A stretch of DNA of 64,000 bases from Promethearchaeota archaeon (lineage in GTDB: Archaea; Asgardarchaeota; Lokiarchaeia; Sigyniarchaeales; SOKP01). Below the pieces are notes generated by a model, which was given only the letters and a program-made list of their open reading frames with translations, made no database searches and was not told the DNA's origin. Shown here piece after piece: positions 12,939 to 22,088 of the stretch; position 1 is the stretch's first letter, and the number at the start of each line of letters is the position of its first letter. The position numbers and the translations under genes are program-made. The stretch lies in the NCBI GenBank assembly GCA_016840165.1, contig JAEOSU010000051.1:192001-256000 (forward strand), in the 5' to 3' direction.

Positions 12939-13790
12939 TCACTTTTTTAAAAATTTTATAATATGTTGATTAATTATATGAGGATATTCAAGTATTGACT
13001 GATGTCCAGCGTTCTCAATAACGATAAACTTACTATTAGGGAGTTTTTCGTGAATTCTTTGAACGATTGCCTTAGGAACTGTTTTATCTTTATCTGCAGC
13101 AAGTACTAAAGTTTTGTTTTTAATTTCATGTAATCTTTCATAAGTATCATGAGTTCTTAAAGCTTCACCCAAGTGATAAATATCTCGTTCTGTTGGACCA
13201 TAGGTAGTTTTTTCTTCTACTAGGTCTTCTACAGACCAGATATTATGAAATTTTTTTTTTGGATTTTCCTTCATTTGATTCCAAAATTCTTTAGAATAAC
13301 TTTTTTTAGCACCTTCTATAAACGAATTTAATGGATCTTTTTGCCGTACTTTAAGATCTTTAATTGCATTATTGATATACCATTCGATTCCTTGGTCTGG
13401 TGAAATTCCTGGAGGAGTTACACTTGCTATTGTGTTAATTAATACCATTTTATTTATTGTTTTAGGGTATTTTAAAGTAAAATTTAGCACTATCATGCCT
13501 CCCAAACTATGTCCTATAATATGCGTCTTCTTTATTTCAAGCTCATCTAATAAACTCTTGATATCATCGGCAAAAATTTCCATCGTATAATCACCATCAG
13601 GTCTATCAGATTTTCCAGCACCTCTATTGTCTAAACGAATGACTTCAAAATGTTTTGATAGTTCTCCCACTTGAGCACGCCAATGTTCTTTTCTGTCTCC
13701 GAAACCATGGACCAATACAACAGGATAACCTTTCCCATTTACATCATAGCAGATTTTAACACCATTGACATCAGCAAATGAATCAAACAT
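12939..13790 (-). CDS. Alpha/beta hydrolase (copy 1)
   Basis: HGF, DNRGAG, GHSLGG, DKD, AGH. Confidence 0.9.
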   Translation of the reverse strand: MFDSFADVNGVKICYDVNGKGYPVVLVHGFGDRKEHWRAQVGELSKHFEVIRLDNRGAGKSDRPDGDYTMEIFADDIKSLLDELEIKKTHIIGHSLGGMIVLNFTLKYPKTINKMVLINTIASVTPPGISPDQGIEWYINNAIKDLKVRQKDPLNSFIEGAKKSYSKEFWNQMKENPKKKFHNIWSVEDLVEEKTTYGPTERDIYHLGEALRTHDTYERLHEIKNKTLVLAADKDKTVPKAIVQRIHEKLPNSKFIVIENAGHQSILEYPHIINQHIIKFLKK

Positions 13791-13851
13791 AATTCTATCA
13801 TATTAATGATGATAAAATAATATTTCTATTTTTTAGCAAATTCAAACTCCA

Positions 13852-14904
13852 CTAAATCTTGCTTATGAAATAACCACAATATTCACAATTTCCATTATTG
13901 TCTAAGTTTATATTAGTTATACTATAAGCATTCCTTTCGATGATGATTCGAGAACAGTTGGGGCATTTTGTATTTTGAAACTCGTTATTAAAAATATTTC
14001 CTAAATATACATACTTTAAACCCGAATTTATAGCAATTTTTAGCGCCTTGTACAAAGATTTCTCGGGTGTTGGAGAAATAAAATTATGTTCATAGGATTT
14101 ATAATGGGGAAATGCTCTTGAAATGTGAAATGGAGTTTCCTCACCCAATTCATTAACAATTCTCTCAGATATCGCTCTTATCGTGGACTCATCAGTATTA
14201 AAACCTTCAAGCAAAAGAGTTGTGATTTCAACATGCACTCCATTCTTCTTTGCAAAGAAAATATTTCTCCACACTTTTTCAATATCAATACCACAATATT
14301 TCTTGGTCATCACAGCATCCCCCTTAATATCGATATTCATAGCATCTAAACCATGATGTATTAGTTCATATAGTACTGCTTCTGTCATATATCCATTTGT
14401 CACATAAGTGTTATACAATCCTGCATTTTTAGCTAATTGAAACAGCTCAACTGAATATTCAAATAATAAGGTTGGTTCGTTAAAAGAAACTGAAGTCCCT
14501 TGACATGAATTTTTTAATGCAATTTTAATAACTTCCTCAGGAGAATAATATTTAGAGGCACTCAGAGCTAAATCGTAAATCTTCTTCTTAGGATGAGACA
14601 AATGATGATTTTGGCACCAAAAACAGCTAAAATTGCAGCCATAAGTCCCTATAGTAATTGCGACGCTCCCCGGATAAAAGTGGTAGAGTGGTTTCTTTTC
14701 AATCGGATTGAAAGAAAGCGCGGGTATTAATCCATACACGATACTATAAATAATACCCTCTTTATTGAATCGAGTCTGGCAAAATCCAAACTTTCCTTCA
14801 GCAATTTCACATTTTCTTTCACAAATTAAACATTGGGTTGTGCTGTTATGTCGTTTTTGAAATAAGCCCTCTTTTAAGAATTGAGGATTAATTTGATTCA
14901 TCAA
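13852..14904 (-). CDS. amrS: AmmeMemoRadiSam system radical SAM enzyme (PflA-like)
   Basis: CLICERKC, PIEKKPLYHFYPG, CNFSCFWCQN (CxxxCxxC), C-terminal CPNC...CEYC. Confidence 0.85.
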   Translation of the reverse strand: MMNQINPQFLKEGLFQKRHNSTTQCLICERKCEIAEGKFGFCQTRFNKEGIIYSIVYGLIPALSFNPIEKKPLYHFYPGSVAITIGTYGCNFSCFWCQNHHLSHPKKKIYDLALSASKYYSPEEVIKIALKNSCQGTSVSFNEPTLLFEYSVELFQLAKNAGLYNTYVTNGYMTEAVLYELIHHGLDAMNIDIKGDAVMTKKYCGIDIEKVWRNIFFAKKNGVHVEITTLLLEGFNTDESTIRAISERIVNELGEETPFHISRAFPHYKSYEHNFISPTPEKSLYKALKIAINSGLKYVYLGNIFNNEFQNTKCPNCSRIIIERNAYSITNINLDNNGNCEYCGYFISKI

Positions 14905-14939
14905 AATAGATCTAGATTGAGATAAAATATAATTTATCC

Positions 14940-17036
14940 CTATCTATAAAACTCATTTACGAGAATTTGACTAAATTTGACCATTTTCTGTCCTAATTCC
15001 AATTCATTACGTGAGCTCGTTAATATCCAATCTTTTCCATACATTTTATTTAAATATTCTCCTTGAGAATCGATGGAAAAGGCAAACACTCGAAACCTTT
15101 TTCTTACATCGTGAATATCTGGGATGGCATCATATAAGCTATATCCACCATTTGCTGAAGGTTGGCCATCTGAGATCACTATTACAATATCATCTTTTTC
15201 GAGTTTATCAGCTTCATGTTTTATTGATACTCCATCAATATTTTGACAATAATTAGCATGACAACCAAATTTATCAAATTTCTTAGGATTAAGAGTCTCG
15301 TTGAAATCCTTAACTAAAATATTTACAGCGTGATAAGTACCAGTAAATAAAACTATTTTAATATTTGCGATGCCTTCTAATGCTTCATAAAGCATAATTA
15401 ATGCGATTTTTGCCGCTCTTATTTTAACCCCTCTCATACTTCCGCTAATATCAACGATTATTATCAATCTTAATTCTTTATTTATTATTTTTCTGGTAAA
15501 ACATTTTTTAAATTGGTAATCACTGGTGACAGCTTTTATTAATTTACTGTTTAACCGTCCCATCTTTTGAAATGTATCATTATCAGTCTTGTTTCTTAAA
15601 TCCTCAAAAATAGTTTTTAGCTTTTTGATGATGTTCATATATTTTAATTTAATCTGAGCATATGTCATGGCATCTGGAACCATTGATTGAGACTCAATCC
15701 TTACATCATCGACTTTCCTCTGCCCTTTACTACTCCTTGGCGTAGGTTGGTATATTTGCCGTTCTAAAGTCAAAAGACGTTCTTCCATAGCATCGTTTGC
15801 TTTTTCAATAAGCTTTCCTATTTGTCTAATTATCTCCTCTTTTTTATCATCTCTAAGTTTATTCTTTTTCACTTGGTTTTGATTTAATTTTTCTCTTATA
15901 TCTTTGCTTTCCTCACCCTCTCCCTTATTAAATTCTAAGTCCTTTGAGTCCAGATCTTCTTTACTAATTTCTTTCTCAGAGATCTTCTTTTTCTGTGAGT
16001 CTTCCAAGGATTTGTGTTTTTTATCGAGATTTTCATCTAAATCTTCATGATTGTCTCTTCCTCCACCTTCTTCATCAAAATTGTCCTCTTCTTTACCAGG
16101 TTTTTTATTCTTTCCACTTTTCCTTTTTTCATTCTTCTTATTATTTACTTTCTTTCCCTTTCTGTCTTTATCGTCATTTTCTTCATCTATTAAATCATCC
16201 AAATCATCTGGATTTAATTCTTGGTTTTTAATCTTGTCAATTAATTCTTCACTAGTCTTATCAAGCTCTGTCTTTTCATTATTTTTCTTATTTCTGGAAT
16301 TAAATTCCATCTGATTAATAGTATTCTGAGGTTGCGCCGATAGACCTCCTCTATTAGGTGGCGGACTTTTTGGTTGCTCAGGCAAATATTTTTTAAGAAT
16401 ATTGCAAAGTACATCACAAGAGATAATTGATGCACTTGGGCTCAGGGATTTCAGAAGAAACTTCTTTACTTTTGTAACTCCTTTCCAATCAACTTTACTC
16501 AAATTAAATTGAGTCAATTTTGGCTTTTTTTGAAAATCATCAAAATCTTCAAAATATAGATTAATGTAAGTTAGGATATCATTACCTGAATTTATGCGCG
16601 ACTTTAACTGTGGTAACATTTTGGATGTTAATATTCTCAAATTTCTATAAAATCCTGGAAACTTCCTTTTATTGATAGCATTTACTCGAACATCTTCCAT
16701 AACATTTATCAAATTTTTAGCAAAAATTGGTGCTACTTTATGCTTTTTAGATAATGTATCTACTAACTTTATAAAGCACAGTTCAAATGAGCCATATCCT
16801 ATATGTCCACCCTCATGAGCTACAAGACCTTGAGCTGATTTAAGATCTGTTTTAAATTTATTAGGTAAATATATGAACCGACAATCTGTATATACTGCGG
16901 GAGTATTTCCAGTAAATAGGATCATAATGTCTTTATTACCGCTGATACGCTTACCAATATTAGTTAATGCTAGGATATCAGAAGTAAATTCACGTTCGAA
17001 TAAATCAAATATACTCTTCATATCGGGTTCACGCAA
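14940..17036 (-). CDS. vWA domain protein with N-terminal HExxH metallopeptidase-like domain and charged linker (CobT/NorD-like MoxR partner)
   Basis: AHEGGH, NVMEDVRVN, K/E/D/N-rich low-complexity middle, MIDAS DISGSM and ISDGQP; ATG at 17021 is an alternative start. Confidence 0.8.
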   Translation of the reverse strand: MREPDMKSIFDLFEREFTSDILALTNIGKRISGNKDIMILFTGNTPAVYTDCRFIYLPNKFKTDLKSAQGLVAHEGGHIGYGSFELCFIKLVDTLSKKHKVAPIFAKNLINVMEDVRVNAINKRKFPGFYRNLRILTSKMLPQLKSRINSGNDILTYINLYFEDFDDFQKKPKLTQFNLSKVDWKGVTKVKKFLLKSLSPSASIISCDVLCNILKKYLPEQPKSPPPNRGGLSAQPQNTINQMEFNSRNKKNNEKTELDKTSEELIDKIKNQELNPDDLDDLIDEENDDKDRKGKKVNNKKNEKRKSGKNKKPGKEEDNFDEEGGGRDNHEDLDENLDKKHKSLEDSQKKKISEKEISKEDLDSKDLEFNKGEGEESKDIREKLNQNQVKKNKLRDDKKEEIIRQIGKLIEKANDAMEERLLTLERQIYQPTPRSSKGQRKVDDVRIESQSMVPDAMTYAQIKLKYMNIIKKLKTIFEDLRNKTDNDTFQKMGRLNSKLIKAVTSDYQFKKCFTRKIINKELRLIIIVDISGSMRGVKIRAAKIALIMLYEALEGIANIKIVLFTGTYHAVNILVKDFNETLNPKKFDKFGCHANYCQNIDGVSIKHEADKLEKDDIVIVISDGQPSANGGYSLYDAIPDIHDVRKRFRVFAFSIDSQGEYLNKMYGKDWILTSSRNELELGQKMVKFSQILVNEFYR

Positions 17037-18282
17037 CAGGAAATATTTCTTTAATAATTTTAGTTAAAGTCTCTAAGTTTTCTTGATATATCCATCTGAT
17101 ATAGGTTAATGTAATATTTCCATTGTAAAGATGGTCTTTTCCAGTTTCTTCTCTGAATTGATATGGTAGATTAAACATCTCAGTTAATTTAATATACTTT
17201 TGAAACGTCTCCCTGTTATGCATCCACATCCAATGGATTACTTTCCACATAATAAATCCATTATACTTGAATGTATTTTTTATTCCATATTTTTCTATAT
17301 AATTCTGAAAGCATTTTTTGGTTAATACGATAACCTCACTAATTTTTTCATTTGTTATATCAACATCATTCTCCCAAATCAACTCAACTGATTTCTTATC
17401 CTCTAATTCATCCCTAATCTTTGATTCGAACATCTTTCCATCTAAAATCATTGCAATACTTTTCTTTTCCTCTGGTGTAGTACCCAACTTATTGATTATG
17501 ACATTTTCTATGTTATTTTTCAAATAGATTAAAGGCATTTTCGAAATTAGCATACAGAAGTTAACAATTAATCGTGTTGAAAAAATTTTTGTTATAGAAA
17601 AATCCTGAGTTGCTTGTTTTCTTATCTGACGTGCGGAATCAACTACAATATCAGCAATTTTATTATCACATCCAGATAATTTGGTGACTATTTCGATTTC
17701 TTTATCTTTCAGCGGATAGTTTATTTCGGGACATATAATGAATCGATCCTCAAAAGCTTCTTGGAGTTTATTTATACCAGCAACACCTTTATTCATTGTA
17801 CCTAAAATTATTAACTTACTCTTGGGGTTCAATTCATGTTTTTCAAACCCTTTTGAAATCAAGTTAATATGTTTTTCAGATAATAATGAATTTAAGGATA
17901 TTTGCTCATTCTCCCGAATAGCGTTGATCTCATTAATTATTATGAATGATATACCATTCTCGTTCGCATCTTTAATTGCTAAAGTTAATGGACCATAGTT
18001 AAATTTAGTATCTCCTTTTAATAATTCCCAATTTCCTTCTATATCCCTTCGATCAAGATCAGGAGAGCCATCAATAATATAATAAGATGCATTATAAGAT
18101 TTTGCTAATGAGATAGCTAATAGGGTTTTGCCAGTGCCAGGTGGACCATGTAATAAAATCCCTACACAAACTCCCTTTCCAATAGAATTTATTAAACATT
18201 TTAAATAATCAAATTCATCTTTTTGTTGAATATATTCAATTTGATTTTCAATAACTGTATCAGAAATTCTACTTCCCTCCAA
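17029..18282 (-). CDS. MoxR/CbbQ/NorQ-type AAA+ ATPase with C-terminal extension
   Basis: Walker A GPPGTGKT, GPLTLA, Walker B variant IIINEIN, TMN, AFEDRF, STR. Confidence 0.85.
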   Translation of the reverse strand: MEGSRISDTVIENQIEYIQQKDEFDYLKCLINSIGKGVCVGILLHGPPGTGKTLLAISLAKSYNASYYIIDGSPDLDRRDIEGNWELLKGDTKFNYGPLTLAIKDANENGISFIIINEINAIRENEQISLNSLLSEKHINLISKGFEKHELNPKSKLIILGTMNKGVAGINKLQEAFEDRFIICPEINYPLKDKEIEIVTKLSGCDNKIADIVVDSARQIRKQATQDFSITKIFSTRLIVNFCMLISKMPLIYLKNNIENVIINKLGTTPEEKKSIAMILDGKMFESKIRDELEDKKSVELIWENDVDITNEKISEVIVLTKKCFQNYIEKYGIKNTFKYNGFIMWKVIHWMWMHNRETFQKYIKLTEMFNLPYQFREETGKDHLYNGNITLTYIRWIYQENLETLTKIIKEIFPVA

Positions 18283-18451
18283 TATTACTAATTCAAATTT
18301 AGAATACCAAAGAAATGTTTCATAAAGCCCCCAATTCTGAAATTATCGAAATTAATTCAGATTTGGTTTTTCATGATTTTTGTATTTTCAGTAATTAAAT
18401 AGTATTTTATATCGATATTTAAAAAGTGAGACATTTATGAATTTTTAAAAT

Positions 18452-19828
18452 TTACTTATATTTTGATTTTAATAGCACTCGAAGTAATTGAAAAGAATAG
18501 CTAAAAATCGTTTTGATCAATGGAAAGTCCATGATGTATCTAATTAATCTTAGAATTCTATACTTTTTTGGTTTAAACGTTGATAAATCCTTATCATAAG
18601 TAATCCGATTAATATAGAAATTCTTATTGAGAAAGGATAAAAAAAGGGAATAGGTTATAATTGCGATGATGTCCCAAGCACGATTGGCATTATCTTGAGG
18701 AAAATTCAATTTTTCTCCCATTGCTAAGCGGACAATTTCAATTATATGAAATATTTTGATCTTACTTCTTAAAAGCTCTTTAGTTGCCCATAATAAATAT
18801 AAACAACCACTACAGTATGTGACTAACGTTTCGGCTCCAGTTTCTTCTGCTTCTTTGAATTTTTTCATTCCATCACTAATTATATCAAAAATTATGGAGA
18901 TATTTTTAGTCCAAGATGCCCCCGAACCGAATCCACAACATAAAGAATCTTTCCTATTATGTTTCATTTCAGCAATTTGACAGCCACATAACTTTAATAT
19001 CTCACGGGGAGTCTCCCAGTAAGCACCTTTAGAAGCTTTTGAGTAACAATTGTCATGAACGGTGACTGATAAGCCCAATTCATGCTTAATATCAATTTCA
19101 TTAGATTCTATTTTGTTTAATAACCATTGATTAAAGTTAATAAAATTTTGACTGTGAATTACTCCCATTTCATTCGGATGGACTTGATTAAAGATATATT
19201 CAATAGCATCTAAGGATGCTGCTACATTTTTAACTCCCCATGAATCAAAATCCTCTTTAGTTCTCTCTGATATTTTTTGAACGACATCTAAATAACCCCC
19301 TTGATATAAATACGCACCTCCCTCCCACTGGTCAATTCTATCAATTGGTTTGAAAGTATCAAGTAATTTACTACCTCCAATTATAAATGGAAATAAATGA
19401 GTATAATTTCCGATTAAGAGGGGCGTCTCATCAGGTTTAGGAATGTTGTGCATCCATTTAAATATCCATCGCCGCTCTTGATTTGAAAGGAATACGTTGA
19501 GCATTTGCCAAATATTTGAATCCATCGTTGGGACAACAAAACGATATATAGAAGGAGCCCCTCTTTTTTTATATAAATCATTCCATCGTTCAAGGATCAA
19601 TTGATATGGATTTGCTTCTTGAGGACAATAGAGATTACAAGAAAAACATGTAGTACATCTATATAGAGCATATTTAGATTCTTTTCCATCAATTAAATTC
19701 TTCATTTCTATTTTTGCTTCTTCTAACGGGAGTTTTAATACGGGGCATTTATGTAGACAAATTCCACACAAATTACATAAATCTTCTCTAAAACCAGAAA
19801 TTCTTTTCGCCTTACTCATTTCTACCAA
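18452..19828 (-). CDS. Fe-S oxidoreductase, HdrD/GlpC-like (2x 4Fe-4S plus CCG; first CCG domain degenerate)
   Basis: CNLCGICLHKCP, CTTCFSCNLYCP, HDNC...LCCG...YCSGC. Confidence 0.8.
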   Translation of the reverse strand: MVEMSKAKRISGFREDLCNLCGICLHKCPVLKLPLEEAKIEMKNLIDGKESKYALYRCTTCFSCNLYCPQEANPYQLILERWNDLYKKRGAPSIYRFVVPTMDSNIWQMLNVFLSNQERRWIFKWMHNIPKPDETPLLIGNYTHLFPFIIGGSKLLDTFKPIDRIDQWEGGAYLYQGGYLDVVQKISERTKEDFDSWGVKNVAASLDAIEYIFNQVHPNEMGVIHSQNFINFNQWLLNKIESNEIDIKHELGLSVTVHDNCYSKASKGAYWETPREILKLCGCQIAEMKHNRKDSLCCGFGSGASWTKNISIIFDIISDGMKKFKEAEETGAETLVTYCSGCLYLLWATKELLRSKIKIFHIIEIVRLAMGEKLNFPQDNANRAWDIIAIITYSLFLSFLNKNFYINRITYDKDLSTFKPKKYRILRLIRYIMDFPLIKTIFSYSFQLLRVLLKSKYK

Positions 19829-21117
19829 GCCTCTTTATAGTCTGGAGGATTTTCAGGTATTTTTTCCAGTTTAAATGTCTTTTTAGAATAAAGTTTAGGA
19901 AGTTGATGTTTTACTGCTCCCCAGAAAAAATCATTTTCTCTTTTTTTTTTTGCTTCTTCAGTTAAAGAAGGTTTTTCTCCCATTGCCATCTGGATTAATT
20001 CAATGATGTGATAGTCCTTAAGTTTCTTAAAATATAATTTCTTATTTCCTCCAAAAGTGGCTAAGCATCCTGCACAATAAACACATACAGCATCTACTTT
20101 TGTTTTTTTAAAGGCTCTAAAATTCCGAATTGTCGAAGATCGAATATTAAATGAATGATAGGACGAATCAACGGAAAAACCCGCCCCTATACCACAACAA
20201 CGCATATTTTCCCGATAAGAATCGGTTTCTATAATCTTTGCGCCTGCTAATTTTAAGATTTTTCGCGGTAAATCCATATACTCATCTCCAAACATTTTTG
20301 CATAACAGGAATCTTGAATAGTGATTGTCATATCCAGCTTTTTTTTAAATTGAATTTCACCATTTTGTATTTTTTCCCATAAAAATTGAATGTAAGGTTT
20401 AATCTCTTCAAATTTATAAGTTAATCCATAGTGGGGCAATACATATTTAAACACGTTAGTACCCGCGGTACATAAAACGAGCAACTTTTTTGGTTTTAAA
20501 ATATTAAACCATTTATCTAATCTTTTAGAAATTTCATAAAGCTCTTTTCTATAACCAGTTCGAAATAAAGTCTCACCACAACAATATTCTAATCGTCCTC
20601 GTATATCTAACTCCTTAAAGAAACTAGCTTGTGTTAGTTCAGCAAAAGTTATAATATTACATCCAGGATAAGTCAAAGTATCTCCTTTTAGAGTTTCTAA
20701 GGAAGCCCAGCTTTTAACAAGATCTTTAGTTTTTTCTGGCAATCGCTCCATTACATAGGAACGAAAGTTAGGATAATATGGATAGAGAGTCATATAGTGC
20801 TTCGCTCTTATTTTAAGCCCTTCTTTTTGATATTGTTCGTTCCATCTTTGTAAAACTAAACCTGCGGGATGAGCATTTTCTGGACAGTAAAAATTACACG
20901 AAAAACAGCTCTGGCATTCACTTAAAACTCTTTTAGTTGGCTCTCCTGCAATAAGGGCTTCCATTTCCTTAATTGCTAAGTCCTTAGGAAGCAACATCAC
21001 TGGACATTGATGAAAACATTTACCACAGCGAGTACACGCCTTCTCATCAAAATTAGCAAAAAAATCATCACTAACTGGTTGAATCTTTGAAATCTTTATC
21101 CCCTTCCTATTTTTCAA
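19822..21117 (-). CDS. Fe-S oxidoreductase, HdrD/GlpC-like (2x 4Fe-4S plus 2 CCG domains)
   Basis: CTRCGKCFHQCP, CQSCFSCNFYCP, YPGC, YCCG, DSC, RCCG, YCAGC. Confidence 0.8.
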   Translation of the reverse strand: MKNRKGIKISKIQPVSDDFFANFDEKACTRCGKCFHQCPVMLLPKDLAIKEMEALIAGEPTKRVLSECQSCFSCNFYCPENAHPAGLVLQRWNEQYQKEGLKIRAKHYMTLYPYYPNFRSYVMERLPEKTKDLVKSWASLETLKGDTLTYPGCNIITFAELTQASFFKELDIRGRLEYCCGETLFRTGYRKELYEISKRLDKWFNILKPKKLLVLCTAGTNVFKYVLPHYGLTYKFEEIKPYIQFLWEKIQNGEIQFKKKLDMTITIQDSCYAKMFGDEYMDLPRKILKLAGAKIIETDSYRENMRCCGIGAGFSVDSSYHSFNIRSSTIRNFRAFKKTKVDAVCVYCAGCLATFGGNKKLYFKKLKDYHIIELIQMAMGEKPSLTEEAKKKRENDFFWGAVKHQLPKLYSKKTFKLEKIPENPPDYKEAW

Positions 21118-21933
21118 TTATTGAGCAATTATTAAAATTATGATATATGCAAATATTAAATTACCTAAGATAATCCCTGTATCTTTTAATGATGTTCTTC
21201 CTAATAAATCATCCCTAGGTTTTCTAAAAATATATAATATCCCAATTGGAAATATAATAATCGGTAAAAATAATAAATGTTGTGTTATTATTATTGAGGC
21301 AACACCTATTACCAGTGAGACGATACATGCAATCCAAATTACAATTTGGGACTTTTTTGGTGTCAATTTGGAAAGTGAATCTCCATCAATTAATTCATGA
21401 AGCATTTGACCCGTAAAGGCTACTGATGCCACAGCAGCAAGAACTAACCATTCAAAAATAGATAAAAAGGGAAAAATGTTCAAAATAGTCTCTCCAGCGT
21501 TAATTTTTATCATGAACCAAGGAAAAAAGATATGGGATATTCCTAAAATTATATGATTGATAATGACTAATGATTTAAATTTACAATAAAATACCACTAA
21601 AGCGACAATTATAATGAGATAAAAGGCTAATAAAGGCTTTTCGACAAAAGTATTCCAAAAACACATTGTGCCTAGAACAAAACTTGCAATTGAGAGCACT
21701 AAAATTTCTTTTCTTTGATAACCTTTAACCCTTTCAAGTGTTTCTAATTCTGTAGGATCGTTCATATCAATAGCGTCATTAAGTGTATTCCCCGTTATTG
21801 CATAAAAACTAAATCCTGCTAAAATCCAAAAATGGGCAATCGGATTATAATCATTAATATAAATACACAAAAGACAAGGGACTAAAACTGAAAAGATGTA
21901 CTCTATTCGGAGTAACTTAAAACCTTTGCTCAT
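21118..21933 (-). CDS. UbiA prenyltransferase superfamily membrane protein
   Basis: KLLRI start, Asp-rich NDAIDMND, second motif HELIDGD, about 8 TM helices. Confidence 0.65.
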   Translation of the reverse strand: MSKGFKLLRIEYIFSVLVPCLLCIYINDYNPIAHFWILAGFSFYAITGNTLNDAIDMNDPTELETLERVKGYQRKEILVLSIASFVLGTMCFWNTFVEKPLLAFYLIIIVALVVFYCKFKSLVIINHIILGISHIFFPWFMIKINAGETILNIFPFLSIFEWLVLAAVASVAFTGQMLHELIDGDSLSKLTPKKSQIVIWIACIVSLVIGVASIIITQHLLFLPIIIFPIGILYIFRKPRDDLLGRTSLKDTGIILGNLIFAYIIILIIAQ

Positions 21934-22088
21934 CGTAACTAACTGTTTTAATTCGGTATATTAAATTAACTTTATAGAATTTTTAAGAAAATTTAAGATT
22001 TAAGAAATTAATTAAGAGAAAGATAATCTCAAAAGGTTAAAATAATAATATCGATCAACAAAATAATTACTATAAGAGAGTAATTACG

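Noticed and set aside
15820-16320. Repetitive-looking T/C-rich DNA
   Set aside because: Explained by the K/E/D/N low-complexity linker of the vWA protein on the minus strand; no discrete repeat unit or array
18255-18282. Possible ATT start for the MoxR gene downstream of a GGAGGG SD-like sequence
   Set aside because: Cannot be distinguished from the in-frame TTG start without proteomics or orthologue alignment
18452-21117. Possible selenocysteine (TGA) recoding in the Hdr-like Fe-S proteins
   Set aside because: Both ORFs are full-length without in-frame TGA; the missing Cys residues are ordinary substitutions
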